Counted from the stretch's first letter, positions 1-9,772 are shown. The stretch: 63,719 nucleotides of DNA from a virus (IMGVR_UViG_3300032240_001660:1-63719), one strand, 5' to 3'. The notes: generated by a model not told the origin, from the sequence alone. Program-made: numbers and translations.

Positions 1-4
1 AGCA

Positions 5-922
5 TTATGGTTCACCAAATGGGTTAACTTCTGTGAAATCTATGATTGAATCCGATTCAGATTCAATTCTGGAATTATCAATAATATCTTCAAAAGGACT
101 ATTATCAAAGGCAGTATCACTAATCAGACCTGCCGTGGTGTAATATGCACCACTTGTTGCACCAATAGTATTTGATGCATTGGCAAAAGAACCAATTACA
201 CGATACACATCCAGTTTTCTAGTTGCACCTTTTGTCCATGTGTGAACAATTGCAGTTGCAGTAGCATTGGCAACAGTTCTATCTGGAGATTGGAATACTA
301 CCTCATCAACAAGGTATGTTCCTGTACCAACTGTCAAACTCATGTTCAATTGGCTTCTTGCATAGTTATCTCTAACTTGTTCATCAACTTCTTCAACACC
401 AGTTGAAATAACTTCATTAGAAAATACAAACTGTTTCATTTTTAATGCAAAAACATACACATTACTTCCACGACCTCGACCTAAAGTATACATCATTGCT
501 TGGTCATTTTCATGTTCAACAAAAGTAATTTCAAAGAAATTTTGAACTAATGGAATATAAACTAAGTCACCTTCTCTTGGATGCAATAGATTAGATGTGC
601 CTGTTGCATATTTAAATCTACGGCGAGAAACTAACATTGTAACTTCATCACGGATTTCTAAACCAAATTTAGAAATAAAATCTTGTTCACCATCCATACC
701 TGTAACATTCTCTAGGTACATTTCAATTGGATATGCAGTTACATATTGTTTGAGTGTATCTTCACCATAGAGATAATCTATTTGGTCACGACTGGTTCTT
801 GGAAGGTAAAAAACATCCATACCATGGATTTGCATGGCTTCAATAACCAAATCCTCAACGAGCAATTGCTCGGAAGTAATTTGTTGAGCTGGAAAATTAT
901 TGAAATAAAAATTTGTTGGCAT
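5..922 (-). CDS. gp14: Neck protein, T4 gp14-like
   Basis: EQLLVEDLVIEAMQIHGMDVFYLPR, SKFGLEIRDE, PREGDLVYIP and the C-terminal IDFTEVNPFGE are typical of gp14; follows gp13. Confidence 0.92.
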   Translation of the reverse strand: MPTNFYFNNFPAQQITSEQLLVEDLVIEAMQIHGMDVFYLPRTSRDQIDYLYGEDTLKQYVTAYPIEMYLENVTGMDGEQDFISKFGLEIRDEVTMLVSRRRFKYATGTSNLLHPREGDLVYIPLVQNFFEITFVEHENDQAMMYTLGRGRGSNVYVFALKMKQFVFSNEVISTGVEEVDEQVRDNYARSQLNMSLTVGTGTYLVDEVVFQSPDRTVANATATAIVHTWTKGATRKLDVYRVIGSFANASNTIGATSGAYYTTAGLISDTAFDNSPFEDIIDNSRIESESDSIIDFTEVNPFGEP

Positions 923-925
923 TCA

Positions 926-1879
926 TTATCCAGTAAAGATTTCACTAGGAAGACTATTGAAATTAAACATTTCTTCTTCTATCTTATCAATTTCTGCTTG
1001 CGCTTCATCCCATATCTCTTTACCGTTTAATGTAACACCACCCGGCATTTGTATGCCACCAAATTTTTTCAAGTTCTCACCCCATTGTCTTTTGATGAGA
1101 GCAGTTGCATACTTTTTCAATATTCGGTCATTCCAAACATCAGAGATACCCGCAGTTGTAACCGAAACATTATCCAACACAGAAGATAATGGGTTAATTA
1201 CTGTCATTTGTGTGGCAGAATTGATATGACGAATTTGTTTAGATTCACTACCAATAGTAATGATATCATTTTCCAATACTTCTTGGTCAAATTTTGTACC
1301 ATATCCAGTAATAGTATTTGATGTTGTATTGCCGGTAACACTACCAGTCAATGTGATTGTATCTGGTATTAATTTACGATAACATTCAATCACAACATAC
1401 TCGCCTGTTTGTAAATCTCTATCCCAATCAATGTCTAAAAATACTTTATTTTGGTGACGATTGAAACGAAACTGAGGTGTACCTGCAAACAATAATTGCA
1501 AAGAACGAATATGTTGCATTGTGATTTCATATGAAACATAACTTACCGATGTAAAATCGTATAAGTCGTGTAAACGCAATTGATAACGCAAATCAAACAT
1601 ATTAATGGAAGAATTTGAATCATCGAAAGGCAAAACACCAGTTACAGATGTTACCGCATCTGGACAATAAATCCAACGGCGGGACCTATCAAGGTCTGTA
1701 ATCTTGTGTTTCATATAAATTTTTTCAACGCCATCCCAATGATAGTCATTAAAAAATGTTAACGCATCATCAATACGATCCTCTATTTGGTCGTCATCGA
1801 CATTAATCTGCAACACCGGCCAACCTAGGCGGCGCATACAGTAATCTTTAAATTGTGTTCTTGTTGATGGAGTTGCCAT
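926..1879 (-). CDS. gp13: Neck protein, T4 gp13-like, with an inserted beta-rich domain
   Basis: DYCMRRLGWPVLQINVDDDQIEDRIDDAL N-terminus; KYATALIKRQWGENLKKFGGIQMPGGVTLNG C-terminus. Confidence 0.93.
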   Translation of the reverse strand: MATPSTRTQFKDYCMRRLGWPVLQINVDDDQIEDRIDDALTFFNDYHWDGVEKIYMKHKITDLDRSRRWIYCPDAVTSVTGVLPFDDSNSSINMFDLRYQLRLHDLYDFTSVSYVSYEITMQHIRSLQLLFAGTPQFRFNRHQNKVFLDIDWDRDLQTGEYVVIECYRKLIPDTITLTGSVTGNTTSNTITGYGTKFDQEVLENDIITIGSESKQIRHINSATQMTVINPLSSVLDNVSVTTAGISDVWNDRILKKYATALIKRQWGENLKKFGGIQMPGGVTLNGKEIWDEAQAEIDKIEEEMFNFNSLPSEIFTG

Positions 1880-1888
1880 AATTGTTAT

Positions 1889-3040
1889 TTATCCTAGTGC
1901 AATTGAGAGTGCCAACACATCAGCAAGTGAAGCTGCAAGTTGATTATTAGTATAAACGGCATCAGCATAAACATTACCTTTAACACCAAGTCCATTTTTA
2001 ATTACAACACCACCAGTTGTGTTTGAAGTTGAACTGGTTTGAGTTGTGATTGTTAATACAGAGTTACCTTTGTTTGAATTGAATCCACCAGGATAATGTT
2101 CAATAGAGTTAAATATACCAGTAACATCTGTCGCAATAATTAAGTTACCTGATGTGCCTGAATTTGCAGGCGCTGACATGAGTAAGTAACCTTCGTTTCT
2201 TCCTGTTGTATTATATCCAGACTGAGAATAGTTATTGGATGTAATACCCATATCAATCCAACCAGAGCTGTCATTACCATTGTTTGGATATGCAGCCCAA
2301 TCGGCAGATGCATTAGAAGTATTTGAATAGTTTATAACATAGTTTTGAATGTAGCTGTTTGTATTACCAATAGCAGCAAAGATTGGATTAGTTGCACCGG
2401 CTAAAACTGGTCCATCTTGTAAACCTGCAACAACATCTCCACTAGTAAATACATTTGAAGCATAGACATTACCTGCAACACCAATACCACCTGCAACTGT
2501 TAATGCACCAGTTATATTTGATGTTGATGTAGTTGTATTTGAAACATATAATTGTGATGCACTATTAACAGTAATTATTGAACCACTATTTGCTAAACCA
2601 CTAGATGCGGCACCAGCATTTGCAGTATATTGTTTTGAACCATCTGAAAACTGAATGTAACCACTTGAATTTGCAACAAACACATTTGAATAGATTACAT
2701 TTGCACCTGCAATTGTACCGCCTGCGCCTGAACCAGTTGTAATACTAGTTGCAGTTAAATTTGTTGAAACATTAATGTTCTTTACATTAAGTGTTCCAGT
2801 AGTTTTATTAAAATTAAATGTGGAATTTGTACCAAACGAACCTGCATCATTAAATTGAATTTCAGTTGTTAAACCGGCAGGCTGGGTTGTCCTAATCGAA
2901 CCTAAAGTATTCGATGAAGTTTTGAAATAAAGGATGCTATCAGCGTAGTTAAGAGATAACTCGCCGTTTGCTAATACGCCTAGAGAGGGAATATTACCCG
3001 TTGCACCAGATTGTCGTAGTGCAATTACTGTGTTTGCCAT
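1889..3040 (-). CDS. Tail fibre-like protein with Mtd_N-like N-terminus
   Basis: N-terminus TVIALRQS..P..LANGELSLNYAD; fibre motifs IQFNDAGSFG and GALTVAGGIGVAGNVY; C-terminus LALSIALG. Confidence 0.7.
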   Translation of the reverse strand: MANTVIALRQSGATGNIPSLGVLANGELSLNYADSILYFKTSSNTLGSIRTTQPAGLTTEIQFNDAGSFGTNSTFNFNKTTGTLNVKNINVSTNLTATSITTGSGAGGTIAGANVIYSNVFVANSSGYIQFSDGSKQYTANAGAASSGLANSGSIITVNSASQLYVSNTTTSTSNITGALTVAGGIGVAGNVYASNVFTSGDVVAGLQDGPVLAGATNPIFAAIGNTNSYIQNYVINYSNTSNASADWAAYPNNGNDSSGWIDMGITSNNYSQSGYNTTGRNEGYLLMSAPANSGTSGNLIIATDVTGIFNSIEHYPGGFNSNKGNSVLTITTQTSSTSNTTGGVVIKNGLGVKGNVYADAVYTNNQLAASLADVLALSIALG

Positions 3041-3556
3041 TTAGAAGGATCCGCCTTTAGATAATGTTTTTGTTTCTTCATTATCAAAGGTAACTTCTGA
3101 TGGTGTCTCCTCTACAATCGTTTCTTGGGTGATGCCTAATTTTTTCTTTGCAGTCTTTGGTAACATTTCTTCCAACTTTGCAATATATTCTGTTTGTTCT
3201 TTTAATTGTTTTTGCAAAGCAGATAACCCTTCGGTTAATCGTTCAATATCACGGCTTTGTTCATTCAGAGAAGTTTGTAAACGATACCTTTCGGCATCTG
3301 ACTTATTCGCACTTTCAATTATATTGTTTTTATTATTTAGCTCTTGTGCTAAACCAACATTTTCATTTTGTATTTGGACTAAAGATTCTTTTACAACCTC
3401 GAATTCCGAAATTTGTCTTTGCAATTCAGGCACCAATTGATTTTCCTCAGCGAGGTGTGCAATTTGTGCCTGAAACAAAATGTTTTGTTTTACTACCGCA
3501 ACGAAGTTTTCAATCGCAGCTTCATTATATTTTGTTAAAAATCTTATATCGTTCAT
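3041..3556 (-). CDS. Coiled-coil hypothetical protein ending in GGSF
   Basis: Heptad-rich Q/E/L sequence; abuts the next gene. Confidence 0.7.
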   Translation of the reverse strand: MNDIRFLTKYNEAAIENFVAVVKQNILFQAQIAHLAEENQLVPELQRQISEFEVVKESLVQIQNENVGLAQELNNKNNIIESANKSDAERYRLQTSLNEQSRDIERLTEGLSALQKQLKEQTEYIAKLEEMLPKTAKKKLGITQETIVEETPSEVTFDNEETKTLSKGGSF

Positions 3557-3576
3557 AATAAAAACCTTTCATAATA

Positions 3577-5460
3577 TTAGAAATAACCACCGTTAAGGTG
3601 TGCAAATGTTGGAATACCAGATGAGTTGATTTGTAAAACATGACCTTCAGTAGAAGATGCAACAGATTGTAATGCAGCTGTTGAAGTTACACCACCAATG
3701 ATAACACCGTTTGCAGTATAAGAATTGAATCCTGTACCGCCTCTTACGATGCCTAAGATACCTGAAGAAACTTGTGAAGTGTCAATCGAAATTGCAGTAT
3801 TTGTAATACCACTTACACGACCATATGCATCAGTAGTGATTACTGGAACATAAGCAGCATTTGCGTAAGTACCGGCAGTACCTGTGTTTGCAACGGAGAT
3901 AAATGCAGTTCCGTTAGATGTTAAGAACGCACCAGTTGTATATGTTGTATTGTTTGAACCACCATTTGTTAATGGCAACACACCTGTGACACCAGTAGTC
4001 AAAGGCAATCCAGTTGCACTTGTCAATACTGCAAATGATGGTACACCAATGTTAGGTGTTGTAAGAATTGGACTGGTGTTCATTACAACGGCACCAGAAC
4101 CAGTATATGTTGAGAAGTCTGTTAGACCAAATTCCCAATCAGCCGCAGTTGTTGATGCAGTTCCAATACATGTCACCATTGCAGTTGTGTTTGATGGTAT
4201 TGTAATAACTGCATTTAATCCAGAAGATTGAACTGCTAATGTTCCTGTGCTATTATTAACAATGTGGAATGTCCAACCAGTTGTTAAAGTAGAAGTTACA
4301 GGTAGAACAACAGTTTGTGTAGTTGAACCTGTAAACTGTTGATAGTAAGAACTTGTGTTAGTTAATGTAGTTGTACCTGCTGCGGTTGCAGTAGATGTAT
4401 AACCCATCAAGTTTGCCATTGCAGCAGGTGCGGTATTTGCACCTGTACCACCATCTGCGATAGCAATTGCAGAAGCAAGACTTGAAACAGTACCACCAGT
4501 TAAGTTTGCACGGATAGTGGCAGTATTTGCAGCAGTTAAAGAACCGGATGCAAGCACATTTGATGTTGGGTCTGTTGTTAACCCTTTGAACAAGAAGAAG
4601 TTGCCCGCAGCTTGTCTTACCAAACCGTGATAGGTAGCCGCAGCACCTGTATTTGCAACACCATAGAAACCAATATCAAGAACATCACCAACAGTATTAT
4701 TGGCAGCAAGTTTAATTAATGAATCAGTAGTTACAACAGTTGATGTGTTAACGATTGTTCTTTCACCTTGAACAATCAAATTACCTGTAACAGACAAATC
4801 ACCTGCAATTGCTTGAGCACCAGAGGTACGAACAACAGTATTATCGAGGTCAAATTTTACATTGTTATTTGCGGCATAAACAGCAGAGGTGATACCATCA
4901 CCACCTTGGAAGTTTACTGTATCTGTTCCCAATGCATAGGTATCTGATCCAGAGTCACCAGTAACACTCAATGAAGTTGAAATTGTTACATTGGCTGCGG
5001 AAGTAATACGACCTTTTGAGTCAACTGCAAAAGTAGGAACTTGTGTTGCGCCACCGTATGTACCAGAAGTAACACCTGTATTACCAAGTATTAATGGAAT
5101 GTTTGCATTTGCAGAACCGTCAACAGAAATAACACCGTTTGCATCACCAGATACACCAATGTTTCTTGCAGTCTGCCAAATAGTTGCGGTATTTGCATTA
5201 CCAAATAATGCAGAACGGATATAAGTGGCAGAAAAACTACCATCTGATGCTCGTTTTACGATTACATTGGCGGTGTTAGCACTTGTTGCCTCATCTACAC
5301 GGTCTACATAATATTTACCACCGACAAGAATCGGAGTTTGGTTAGTGCCACCGACAAATAGTTTTCCTGAGGTATTAGAATACGCAGGTTCTGCGACATT
5401 AAGTGTCGTTGGTGCTGCGGTTACTTCAGACCATTTTAGTTGAATTACGGTATTTGCCAT
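3577..5460 (-). CDS. Tail fibre protein with Mtd_N-like N-terminus
   Basis: MANTVIQLK..P..L..AEPAYS; ATIWQTARNI, TFAVDSKGRIT, IADGGTGA and GGTG fibre repeats; C-terminus LNGGYF. Confidence 0.8.
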   Translation of the reverse strand: MANTVIQLKWSEVTAAPTTLNVAEPAYSNTSGKLFVGGTNQTPILVGGKYYVDRVDEATSANTANVIVKRASDGSFSATYIRSALFGNANTATIWQTARNIGVSGDANGVISVDGSANANIPLILGNTGVTSGTYGGATQVPTFAVDSKGRITSAANVTISTSLSVTGDSGSDTYALGTDTVNFQGGDGITSAVYAANNNVKFDLDNTVVRTSGAQAIAGDLSVTGNLIVQGERTIVNTSTVVTTDSLIKLAANNTVGDVLDIGFYGVANTGAAATYHGLVRQAAGNFFLFKGLTTDPTSNVLASGSLTAANTATIRANLTGGTVSSLASAIAIADGGTGANTAPAAMANLMGYTSTATAAGTTTLTNTSSYYQQFTGSTTQTVVLPVTSTLTTGWTFHIVNNSTGTLAVQSSGLNAVITIPSNTTAMVTCIGTASTTAADWEFGLTDFSTYTGSGAVVMNTSPILTTPNIGVPSFAVLTSATGLPLTTGVTGVLPLTNGGSNNTTYTTGAFLTSNGTAFISVANTGTAGTYANAAYVPVITTDAYGRVSGITNTAISIDTSQVSSGILGIVRGGTGFNSYTANGVIIGGVTSTAALQSVASSTEGHVLQINSSGIPTFAHLNGGYF

Positions 5461-5501
5461 TTTTTGTCCCTTTGAATAGGTTTCTTATTCTTCTTTATTC
5501 G

Positions 5502-5510
5502 TTATTTATG
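5502..5510 (-). promoter_or_regulatory. T4-type late promoter (CATAAATA)
   Basis: TAAATA core at 5503-5508 in the intergenic gap upstream of the 5460 fibre gene. Confidence 0.6.
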
Positions 5511-5522
5511 CTGAATCGGTAT

Positions 5523-6089
5523 TTAGAAACTACCACCATTGATTGTTCTTAAACCTTTTTCTCCTACATACCTGTAACCTGTAATATAGATTACTTTTGA
5601 ACTTGTTAAGGCCGCTGGTATCGGAGAAGATCCAACAAAGTTTAAAATACCGGCCTGATAATCAAAAAACCACTCACCAACGCCAGCAATACCAGCGTCA
5701 GATAATTGAGTTCCTGTTGCCACCACATTTGCAACCGCAGCTGTATCTGCATAGACTTTAATAAAATAACCACTGCCAAATTCTGGCGGTATCCAATCAG
5801 TCAGTCTTGTTTGCCAAGTAGGATAAACACTACTTGTCGGTGTTGTTGTATTATCTGCAACACATTGTACCGCAGTTCCATTTTGATATATTGTAACTAT
5901 ACTTGTGTTTGATGCTGGAGGAGATGATGTAATTTCATCCGATTTTGTCCAAGCATTATCAAGACGAATTAAAGTTGGGCTAGAGTTAGCCTCATTACTT
6001 GCGCCTTTAAGTGCGCTAGTATCCGTCTTTGCAACACCAGATAATTTTTTATAAAGTAAATCTACTTTTTGTGCGTCAGAATATGCCAT
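5523..6089 (-). CDS. Virion/fibre-associated protein ending in NGGSF
   Basis: WIPPEFG..Y, WFFDYQAGILNF and ITGYRYVG motifs; coupled to the upstream gene. Confidence 0.6.
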   Translation of the reverse strand: MAYSDAQKVDLLYKKLSGVAKTDTSALKGASNEANSSPTLIRLDNAWTKSDEITSSPPASNTSIVTIYQNGTAVQCVADNTTTPTSSVYPTWQTRLTDWIPPEFGSGYFIKVYADTAAVANVVATGTQLSDAGIAGVGEWFFDYQAGILNFVGSSPIPAALTSSKVIYITGYRYVGEKGLRTINGGSF

Positions 6090-8482
6090 TAATTACTCGC
6101 AGATTGTAAAGTCAAAGCAGTTACAGTTTGACCGCTTGTGAGTTTAATACGAACATAAATTTCATTTGTTGAGGTGCTTGAACTTGATACAGTACCAAAT
6201 GTGCAAGTCTTTCTGTGATTAGTAACTGCTGAATTTAAAGTTACTGTACCACCTACTGATGCACCACTTGACGGTACTCCAGAACCACCATATGCGAGAG
6301 ACATATCGATCCAACCATTTGTTGCGGCCGCAGCCGTATCAATTGCACTACCTGGTAATGCAACCCACATACCTGCAATTGTTCCTGTAAATTGAATATC
6401 AAATTTAGAAACTGCCGTTCTCACAAATCTAAATGTAAAGTATTGAGCACCTGTTCGACCTGTGCTTAAATTAGGACCAACTGGTAAATATCCAGTTGAA
6501 TAGTTTGTTTGGTCATGTTTTAGTGTAGCTGCAACAATCGTAGCATCATTTGCAGTTAGTGTGCTTGATTGACTGTTGAATAAAGCCGCACTGGCAGTAT
6601 ATGCCGGAGTATCAGTAGTTCCAGGATTGATAATTCTTGCCGCAAGGCCTGAACCAGTACCAACAGTTGAACCAAAGGTAACTGTGGTTTCTTCCATTGC
6701 ACTTGCCGTACCTGTCTTATACAGAATTGTATTTGCCAATGCAGTTGTAAATGCTTGAGAAGCAGTAGAGTAACTATTGTCTACCGTGACACTTGGACCA
6801 GTCGCAGACGAACCGAATCCAGAGATGATAGTCGATGTAGAGTTAACAACAACTGAACCACTGGAGACAAGATAGTTTCTTGTTAATGGGTATGTTATAC
6901 CGACAAGAGGGTAAGTATTACTTGTGGGTGCACCAAACGCACCGCCGGCAGTTCCAGTAAAGAATGTATTACTAGTTGGGAACATATCACCACTTAACTT
7001 AGATACATTTACACCTAATAAGAATGTGGTTGCACTTGTATAGTGTGGAACTGTGCTTGAATAGATTACGGTTGTTGACGAAGGAACAATTGTTGGGGTT
7101 GCAAATGTTGGAGAACCAGGTGCGGAATCATCGTAGTACCAAGATACAGTAGAAGTGTTTGAACCACCAGAATGAGAAAGATAAATTTCATTCCAACCAT
7201 TAGAAACTGTACCAGAACCTTGTGCATCAAAACTTCTCCAAAAATTAGTATAAGAAATAACACCAGTTAATGCATAGTCTTTACTATCTGTAATAATTAA
7301 ATCACTATATGTTCCGTTTGCAGAAGATGCCGTAAATGTAACTGCACCTGTTGCCACATTGTTTTTAACAAGAGTTAATGTGCCAGATTCTCCTGGTCCA
7401 ACATTATCAAATGTGTTTGTGGTATATGTTGCGGCTCTACGAACAGAAGTTACTGTTGAACCTCCTGCAACTGATTTACCACCCGTTACTGTTCTATCCG
7501 TTTGTGTAAAGTTTGCCATTCTGTATGTTGACAAACTGCTCACACTTAATGATACTGAATTTGGAAAAGCACCAGGAGACTGTGGCACTAATTTGCCAAG
7601 AATCTGATTAATTTGTGCAAGACCATCAGTTACTTTTGTTGTTGTAGTTAATGTGACTGCATTACTTACTAAAAGACCTGTTGTGTTTGAACCAAGAACA
7701 ACTGTATTACCATAGACATTATTTGCAGAAGTACCTGCATTATTAGCCGCAATAAAAGCGGCATCTAATCTGGCTGCATCTGCAATACCATAGAATGTTG
7801 TGCCATCAGAAGAATATACCCATCTATCATCTGTCTCATCCCAAAGCAATGATGCGTTTGCTAATACACCTCTATCAACTTCAATACCTGCATTTGCAAT
7901 TGGTGTACCAGATTGACTGATAGCCGCATTGAGTGTGATGATGTTGTCTTTGATTAATACTGTTTCTGTATTTGCGTAAACAGTATTGCCAAGTATTGTT
8001 AGATTTCCAGATACAGTTACATCACCTGAAACTGTACCACCTGAAGATGCAAACTTAGTATTGGCGGCATCAAATGCGGCCTGTGCCAAAACATTGGCAG
8101 AATTCGCTTTAGTAAAACCAGATTGCGCTAATGTATTTGCTAAGTTTGCTTTACTAAAAGCGGCTTCTGCGGTAATATTTGCAGTATTGGCTTTATCAAA
8201 ACCAGATTGTGCCAATATGTTGGCAGCGTTAGCCTTATCATATGCCGGTTGTATGAGTGTTGATACATTGGCAAGAGTTGCATTGGAAGTATTTGCAAGG
8301 GTAAAGACCGCATTGATTCTGTTAATGTATTCTTTACCACCAATAATGATAGCACTATCACTATTGGCATTACCAATGAATAAAGTATTACTTACATACG
8401 AATACGCTGGTTCACCAATATTTAATAATGCTGGTGCGGCATTCGCTGTGGAATACTTTAGTTGAATTACTGTATTTGACAT
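6089..8482 (-). CDS. Tail fibre protein (Mtd_N-like N-terminus, A/N-rich coiled stalk, beta-rich C-terminus)
   Basis: MSNTVIQLKYS..P..L..GEPAYS; ANxLAQxxFxKAN repeats; IKDNIITLN/AGIEVDRG fibre motif. Confidence 0.75.
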   Translation of the reverse strand: MSNTVIQLKYSTANAAPALLNIGEPAYSYVSNTLFIGNANSDSAIIIGGKEYINRINAVFTLANTSNATLANVSTLIQPAYDKANAANILAQSGFDKANTANITAEAAFSKANLANTLAQSGFTKANSANVLAQAAFDAANTKFASSGGTVSGDVTVSGNLTILGNTVYANTETVLIKDNIITLNAAISQSGTPIANAGIEVDRGVLANASLLWDETDDRWVYSSDGTTFYGIADAARLDAAFIAANNAGTSANNVYGNTVVLGSNTTGLLVSNAVTLTTTTKVTDGLAQINQILGKLVPQSPGAFPNSVSLSVSSLSTYRMANFTQTDRTVTGGKSVAGGSTVTSVRRAATYTTNTFDNVGPGESGTLTLVKNNVATGAVTFTASSANGTYSDLIITDSKDYALTGVISYTNFWRSFDAQGSGTVSNGWNEIYLSHSGGSNTSTVSWYYDDSAPGSPTFATPTIVPSSTTVIYSSTVPHYTSATTFLLGVNVSKLSGDMFPTSNTFFTGTAGGAFGAPTSNTYPLVGITYPLTRNYLVSSGSVVVNSTSTIISGFGSSATGPSVTVDNSYSTASQAFTTALANTILYKTGTASAMEETTVTFGSTVGTGSGLAARIINPGTTDTPAYTASAALFNSQSSTLTANDATIVAATLKHDQTNYSTGYLPVGPNLSTGRTGAQYFTFRFVRTAVSKFDIQFTGTIAGMWVALPGSAIDTAAAATNGWIDMSLAYGGSGVPSSGASVGGTVTLNSAVTNHRKTCTFGTVSSSSTSTNEIYVRIKLTSGQTVTALTLQSASN

Positions 8483-8715
8483 TAAAATCCACCGCCTTGC
8501 AAGGAGGTAATATTATTGGAATTTAATGTAATTGCTTTTACAACATATTTGGATGTTGTGGCATCATAAACTAATGTTTCGCCGTCATTAGGATCCGTTG
8601 CATCTACATTGGTTAAATTTCCCAATGATACGCTAGTAGTTGGTGCAATAGTAACAGAAGAAACAACTGTCTTTGTTGGTTTTACTGTTACGACTAAGGC
8701 TTCATTTCCTGCCAT
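8482..8715 (-). CDS. Small virion linker protein ending in QGGGF
   Basis: LGNLTNVD..DGETLVYD..KYV motif common in fibre proteins. Confidence 0.6.
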   Translation of the reverse strand: MAGNEALVVTVKPTKTVVSSVTIAPTTSVSLGNLTNVDATDPNDGETLVYDATTSKYVVKAITLNSNNITSLQGGGF

Positions 8716-8718
8716 ATA

Positions 8719-9051
8719 TTACCTCGTAACTGATGGAAGAACTGTAACAATTCCTTCAATGATTCTTGTTTTTAAATTTGAACCGCTTGTAATTAACACA
8801 TCATAAACATATCTACCTGAAGATATATTAGCGGTATTGGCAGCAGTCATGGTCATAGTAATTTGACCAGCTGCGGCATCCGAAACAACAATTGTAAAAC
8901 TTGTTGCGGTTGTTGAGTAATAGGATTTCCGCATTTGAGCGGCAACAGTATAACCGGAAAGATTTAATACGCCACCGACTGAATCTTTCAGGTCAAGAAC
9001 AGCATTGTAGTTTGCGCCTTGTTCAAGCGTGAGTTCGACAAATCCGGCCAA
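8719..9051 (-). CDS. BppU-N-like fibre/baseplate attachment protein (TTG start)
   Basis: EQGA..LNLSGYTVAAQMRKSY..GRYVYDV..TRIIEG.VTV.P.VTR; AAGGGG SD before TTG at 9049-9051. Confidence 0.65.
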   Translation of the reverse strand: MAGFVELTLEQGANYNAVLDLKDSVGGVLNLSGYTVAAQMRKSYYSTTATSFTIVVSDAAAGQITMTMTAANTANISSGRYVYDVLITSGSNLKTRIIEGIVTVLPSVTR

Positions 9052-9057
9052 AATTTA

Positions 9058-9111
9058 CCCCTTATGTGTTGTTGCTAACTATTTAGTCAAATCAACAACC
9101 GCAATAAGGGG
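9058..9111 (-). promoter_or_regulatory. Late promoter (ACTAAATA) at the apex of an RBS-sequestering hairpin
   Basis: CCCCTTAT (9058-65) pairs with ATAAGGGG (9104-11) and GTTGTTG (9068-74) with CAACAAC (9093-99); TAAATA core at 9080-85. Confidence 0.7.
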
Positions 9112-9122
9112 CAGAGAGGGAT

Positions 9123-9740
9123 TTAAAGGTGGAGTGCGGTGAGTGATTCTTCTTCGCCAATGTAACCTTTTGGAAATACATTGAATGCTAAACTAGTTCG
9201 AATATTTTCACCTTTTTTAGATTCAACCATATGTGTAAGACTAGAAGGAAACAACATAATATCACCCGTCTTAACTTGAAAGAACCATGAATCGGATGTC
9301 CAAAGGTTAAATGTATCAGTAGGTATTTTTATTTGTTGATACCCATCTTTGAAGAAATAGATTTTATCTTTTTCAAATTCAGCATCAAAGTAAAAAACAC
9401 CTGAAATTAGACTATTTGGATGAGCATGTTTATGATGATACTCACCTTCTTTAGTATAATTTAACCAAGATTGTGTAACAACAAATTCAACTTCTTTTTT
9501 TGGAATAATAATATTTGCAACATAATTTTTAATTGATGCATCGATATAGTCCGATACATCTTTCATCTCAGGATGTTTTAATATGTACCTGTCAAGACTT
9601 GTTGTATTGCCTTGATTTTTATAGATACGATCCGGTTCACAATGTAATTTTATAAAGTCTAATTCCTCTTGTGTGAATGAACGACCAATGTTACCTTGTT
9701 GAACAGGCGTTGGGAAAAGTCCGTTTAGAATATACGACAT
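9123..9740 (-). CDS. Putative 2OG-Fe(II) oxygenase (TIGR02466-like)
   Basis: LFPTPV N-terminus, QSWLN..HHKHAHPNSLISGVFY, LFPSSLTHMV, RTSLAFN. Confidence 0.85.
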   Translation of the reverse strand: MSYILNGLFPTPVQQGNIGRSFTQEELDFIKLHCEPDRIYKNQGNTTSLDRYILKHPEMKDVSDYIDASIKNYVANIIIPKKEVEFVVTQSWLNYTKEGEYHHKHAHPNSLISGVFYFDAEFEKDKIYFFKDGYQQIKIPTDTFNLWTSDSWFFQVKTGDIMLFPSSLTHMVESKKGENIRTSLAFNVFPKGYIGEEESLTALHL

Positions 9741-9772
9741 AATAAAAATCTCTCAGTCAGTTAATGATAAAA

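Noticed and set aside
1889-8482. Diversity-generating retroelement suggested by Mtd_N-like domains
   Set aside because: No reverse transcriptase and no TR/VR pair with adenine-specific mismatches seen in the window; Mtd_N is only an attachment domain.
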